NCBI GenBank assembly: GCA_034670305.1 | Contig: JAXMNT010000034.1 | Location: 17,439-81,438 of the forward strand | Direction of reading: 5' to 3' | DNA length: 64,000 nt | DNA from: Deltaproteobacteria bacterium | GTDB taxonomy: Bacteria > Myxococcota_A > Polyangia > Polyangiales > Houyiibacteriaceae | Part shown: one piece after another, positions 61,864 through 64,000 of the stretch | Layout of the letters: every line of letters begins with the position of its first letter | Numbering within the stretch: the first letter of the stretch is position 1 | Made by a program: the position numbers and the translations under genes | Notes under the pieces: generated by a model | What the model was told of the DNA's origin: nothing | What the model saw: only the letters and a program-made list of their open reading frames with translations | Databases searched by the model: none

Positions 61864-63768
61864 ATGCGTCTCTTGCCCGCCCGCTCCGCGCCCCTCGCCG
61901 GATTCCTGGTCCTCGCCGCTTCCCTCTCCGCCTGCGGGGGCGACGACGACGGAAGCGTCGACGCGGCGCGGCCCGACACCGGCACGGTGGACGCGCCAGG
62001 TGCCGACGTGGTCACGCCCGACGCACCGGTCGTCGATTGCACCGGCCTCACGGTGCCGGCGCTCGAGCTCGCGCGCATCGAAGAGAACCCGGGCGCCGAC
62101 ACCTACAGCGTCTCGCTCTCGTGGGCGGCCAGCCCCGATGCGGTGATGGCCGAAGTCGGCACCTCAGTGACCGAAGGGTTCGCACCCGCGATGGATCCGG
62201 TGGCCGCGGGCACGTCGACGGGCGTCGCGCAGGTGGACAAGACGCTGCCGGATCTCTTCGTGCGGCTTGTCGGCGTCCGGGGCGCGTGCCGCGAAGAAGG
62301 CGACGCGGTGCGGCTGGCCAAACCCGACTACTCGGATCCGGCGCGCTGGAACGAAGGCTGGATCAAAGTGGTCAGCCACACCCACACGATCGCGGACATC
62401 AAAGCGAACGTCGGTGGCCCGGTGTACGCGAACCGCATCAACTGGTTCAACGGATGCTTCGAGGAGCTCGGCGACGACGAGGCGTGCCACGAACTCTACC
62501 TGCGCAGCTTCGCCGAGAGCGGCGTGCAGTGGCTGGTCGACGCGGCCACCGACCAGGACATCGGCGCGGTGATCATCACCGACCACGACAACGTGGGCAT
62601 CTGGTTCACCGAGGTCTTCCGCCGATACAACCGAGCCGACCCGGACGGCGCGTCGGTGGTGCACGGCATGGAGTGGACGAGCGCGCTCGGGCACCTGACG
62701 GTCGTCGGCAACTTCCTCCCGGAGATCGACCGCGACGCGAGCAGCTACGACCTCGAGTTGGCGCGCCGCATCCACACGAGCACGCCGCTGCCGCCCGACA
62801 CCTGCGACGACTCGGACGAGAACCACGACGTGAACGACCCGGACTTCGACGGACCGGACGCGCCGTGCGCACGCGCCGATCACCGAGGCCACGGCGACGA
62901 TCCGATCACCATGATGGAAGCGACCGACAGCATCGAGGCGCTCCACGCGCGCGGCGCGCTCGTGTTCATCAACCACCCGACGAACGACGCGTTCATCGAG
63001 CCGCCGATGCGGTGGGGGCTCGGCAACCTCGACCGGGTGGACGGCGTCGAAGCGAACACGCCCGACCCGACGGCCACCAACCGGAACGCGCCGGAGTACT
63101 GGCGCGACATGGGGCTGCGGCAGGGGCGGCGCTGGGTGGGCATCGCGGGCACCGACTGCCACGTCAACGGACCCGTCTACGACGGCGACACCGGCTGCAA
63201 TGCGTTTCATGGCTTGACCGACCTGACCCACCTGGACGCGCCGTACATGTGGGTGCGCACCCTGCGCAGCACCTCGGCGGCCGCGAACAACGATCCGGAT
63301 CTCGTCGTCGCGGCGTTGCGCGAAGGCCGCGTGACGGTGGTGCAGGACACCGATCCGGCCGTGGTCGTCGACCTCGGCATCGACGCGAACGGCGACGGGC
63401 TCATCGACTACTGGAGCGGCTCGACCGTGCCTGCCTGCGAGCAGCCAGGGCGCGACCTCTTCACGGTGCAGGTGCGGGTCCGCGCGGTGCAGACCCACAA
63501 CTACAACGTGAACATCTGGCTGCGCGACGACGAACAACGCATCTTGGACCGCACCGAGCTGACCGAAGGCACCGTCTGGGAGGGCTCGTTCGAGTTCTCC
63601 CGCGACAGCGACATCGAACCGGGCAACGACCTCGGCTTCGCGATGGCGTGGGTGCGCGAAGACCAGCGGTTCTCACCCGACAACGACGCCGGGTTCAGCA
63701 ACCCGATCTTCTTCGAAGCGGGCACCGGCACCCTCGACTGCAGCACCCGCGACCGCGACGGACGTTAG
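61864..63768 (+). CDS. PHP-fold (CehA/McbA-like) metallohydrolase lipoprotein
   Basis: Lipobox LSAC; HTHT, ITDHD, GMEWT..GH, INHP, GTDCH and FSNPI motifs. Confidence 0.85.
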   Translation: MRLLPARSAPLAGFLVLAASLSACGGDDDGSVDAARPDTGTVDAPGADVVTPDAPVVDCTGLTVPALELARIEENPGADTYSVSLSWAASPDAVMAEVGTSVTEGFAPAMDPVAAGTSTGVAQVDKTLPDLFVRLVGVRGACREEGDAVRLAKPDYSDPARWNEGWIKVVSHTHTIADIKANVGGPVYANRINWFNGCFEELGDDEACHELYLRSFAESGVQWLVDAATDQDIGAVIITDHDNVGIWFTEVFRRYNRADPDGASVVHGMEWTSALGHLTVVGNFLPEIDRDASSYDLELARRIHTSTPLPPDTCDDSDENHDVNDPDFDGPDAPCARADHRGHGDDPITMMEATDSIEALHARGALVFINHPTNDAFIEPPMRWGLGNLDRVDGVEANTPDPTATNRNAPEYWRDMGLRQGRRWVGIAGTDCHVNGPVYDGDTGCNAFHGLTDLTHLDAPYMWVRTLRSTSAAANNDPDLVVAALREGRVTVVQDTDPAVVVDLGIDANGDGLIDYWSGSTVPACEQPGRDLFTVQVRVRAVQTHNYNVNIWLRDDEQRILDRTELTEGTVWEGSFEFSRDSDIEPGNDLGFAMAWVREDQRFSPDNDAGFSNPIFFEAGTGTLDCSTRDRDGR

Positions 63769-63876
63769 GGCGGCGAGGTCAGACCCGGGCGTCTCAGAGC
63801 AGCAGGGCTTCCCAGAGGGCGCCGCGGAGGGCGCTCTCCTGCTCCGAGGTGATCGTCGCGTTGATCAGGAGCAGCG

Positions 63877-63956
63877 CTAGCAGGTTGCTGAAGAACGCCC
63901 GCAGGGCGTTCTCGCAGCCTGCCCCTTGCCCCTGCCCTTGCCTTTGCCCTTGCCCG
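63877..63956 (-). mobile_element. IS5-like terminal repeat followed by a CCCTTG array
   Basis: CTAG-CAGGTTGCTGAAGAA resembles the reverse complement of 19525-19542. Confidence 0.55.
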
Positions 63957-63960
63957 CGGA

Positions 63961-63999
63961 TCAGCGGTCAGATCGCTTGATCAGCGCGACGAGCATCGC
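63961..63999 (-). CDS. 3' end of a gene running off the window, possibly a four-helix-bundle (IVP-like) protein
   Basis: Only AMLVALIKRSDR* is visible. Confidence 0.25.
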   Translation of the reverse strand, partial: AMLVALIKRSDR

Positions 64000-64000
64000 G

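Overview
High-GC bacterial DNA (about 70% by eye). The many Cys-rich lipoproteins and the MYXO-CTERM-like, SCE4755, AgmX/PglI and MopE-like proteins point to Myxococcota, probably Polyangia/Sandaracinaceae-like (inference). There are about 50 plausible CDS. Recognisable genes are map, two LysR regulators, an M14 carboxypeptidase, a parDE toxin-antitoxin pair, a PTS-IIA/SLC4 bicarbonate-transporter homologue, class II ribonucleotide reductase nrdJ with an NrdR box, a 1-Cys peroxiredoxin, M50 and M19 peptidases and a PHP hydrolase. Four things stand out. (1) A REP-associated tyrosine transposase (RAYT) has GCGC-GAA-GCGC REP clusters and a duplicated 3' end. The REPs bracket a lower-GC DUF4145 gene and abut a NACHT/STAND NTPase with a C-terminal PD-(D/E)XK domain, which starts 5 nt after the nrdJ stop. 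This is a candidate REP-mediated defence-cargo hotspot. (2) A 1450-aa lipoprotein has a C-terminal third that follows the Tc-toxin A channel/TcB-binding motif order, yet no TcB or TcC lies in the window. (3) Intergenic hexamer arrays occur as inverted pairs around genes, next to IS5-like ends and CTAG sites. (4) A bacterial Band-3/SLC4 homologue is present. No rRNA, tRNA or CRISPR array was recognised. All family calls come from motifs recognised by eye; no database search was run.
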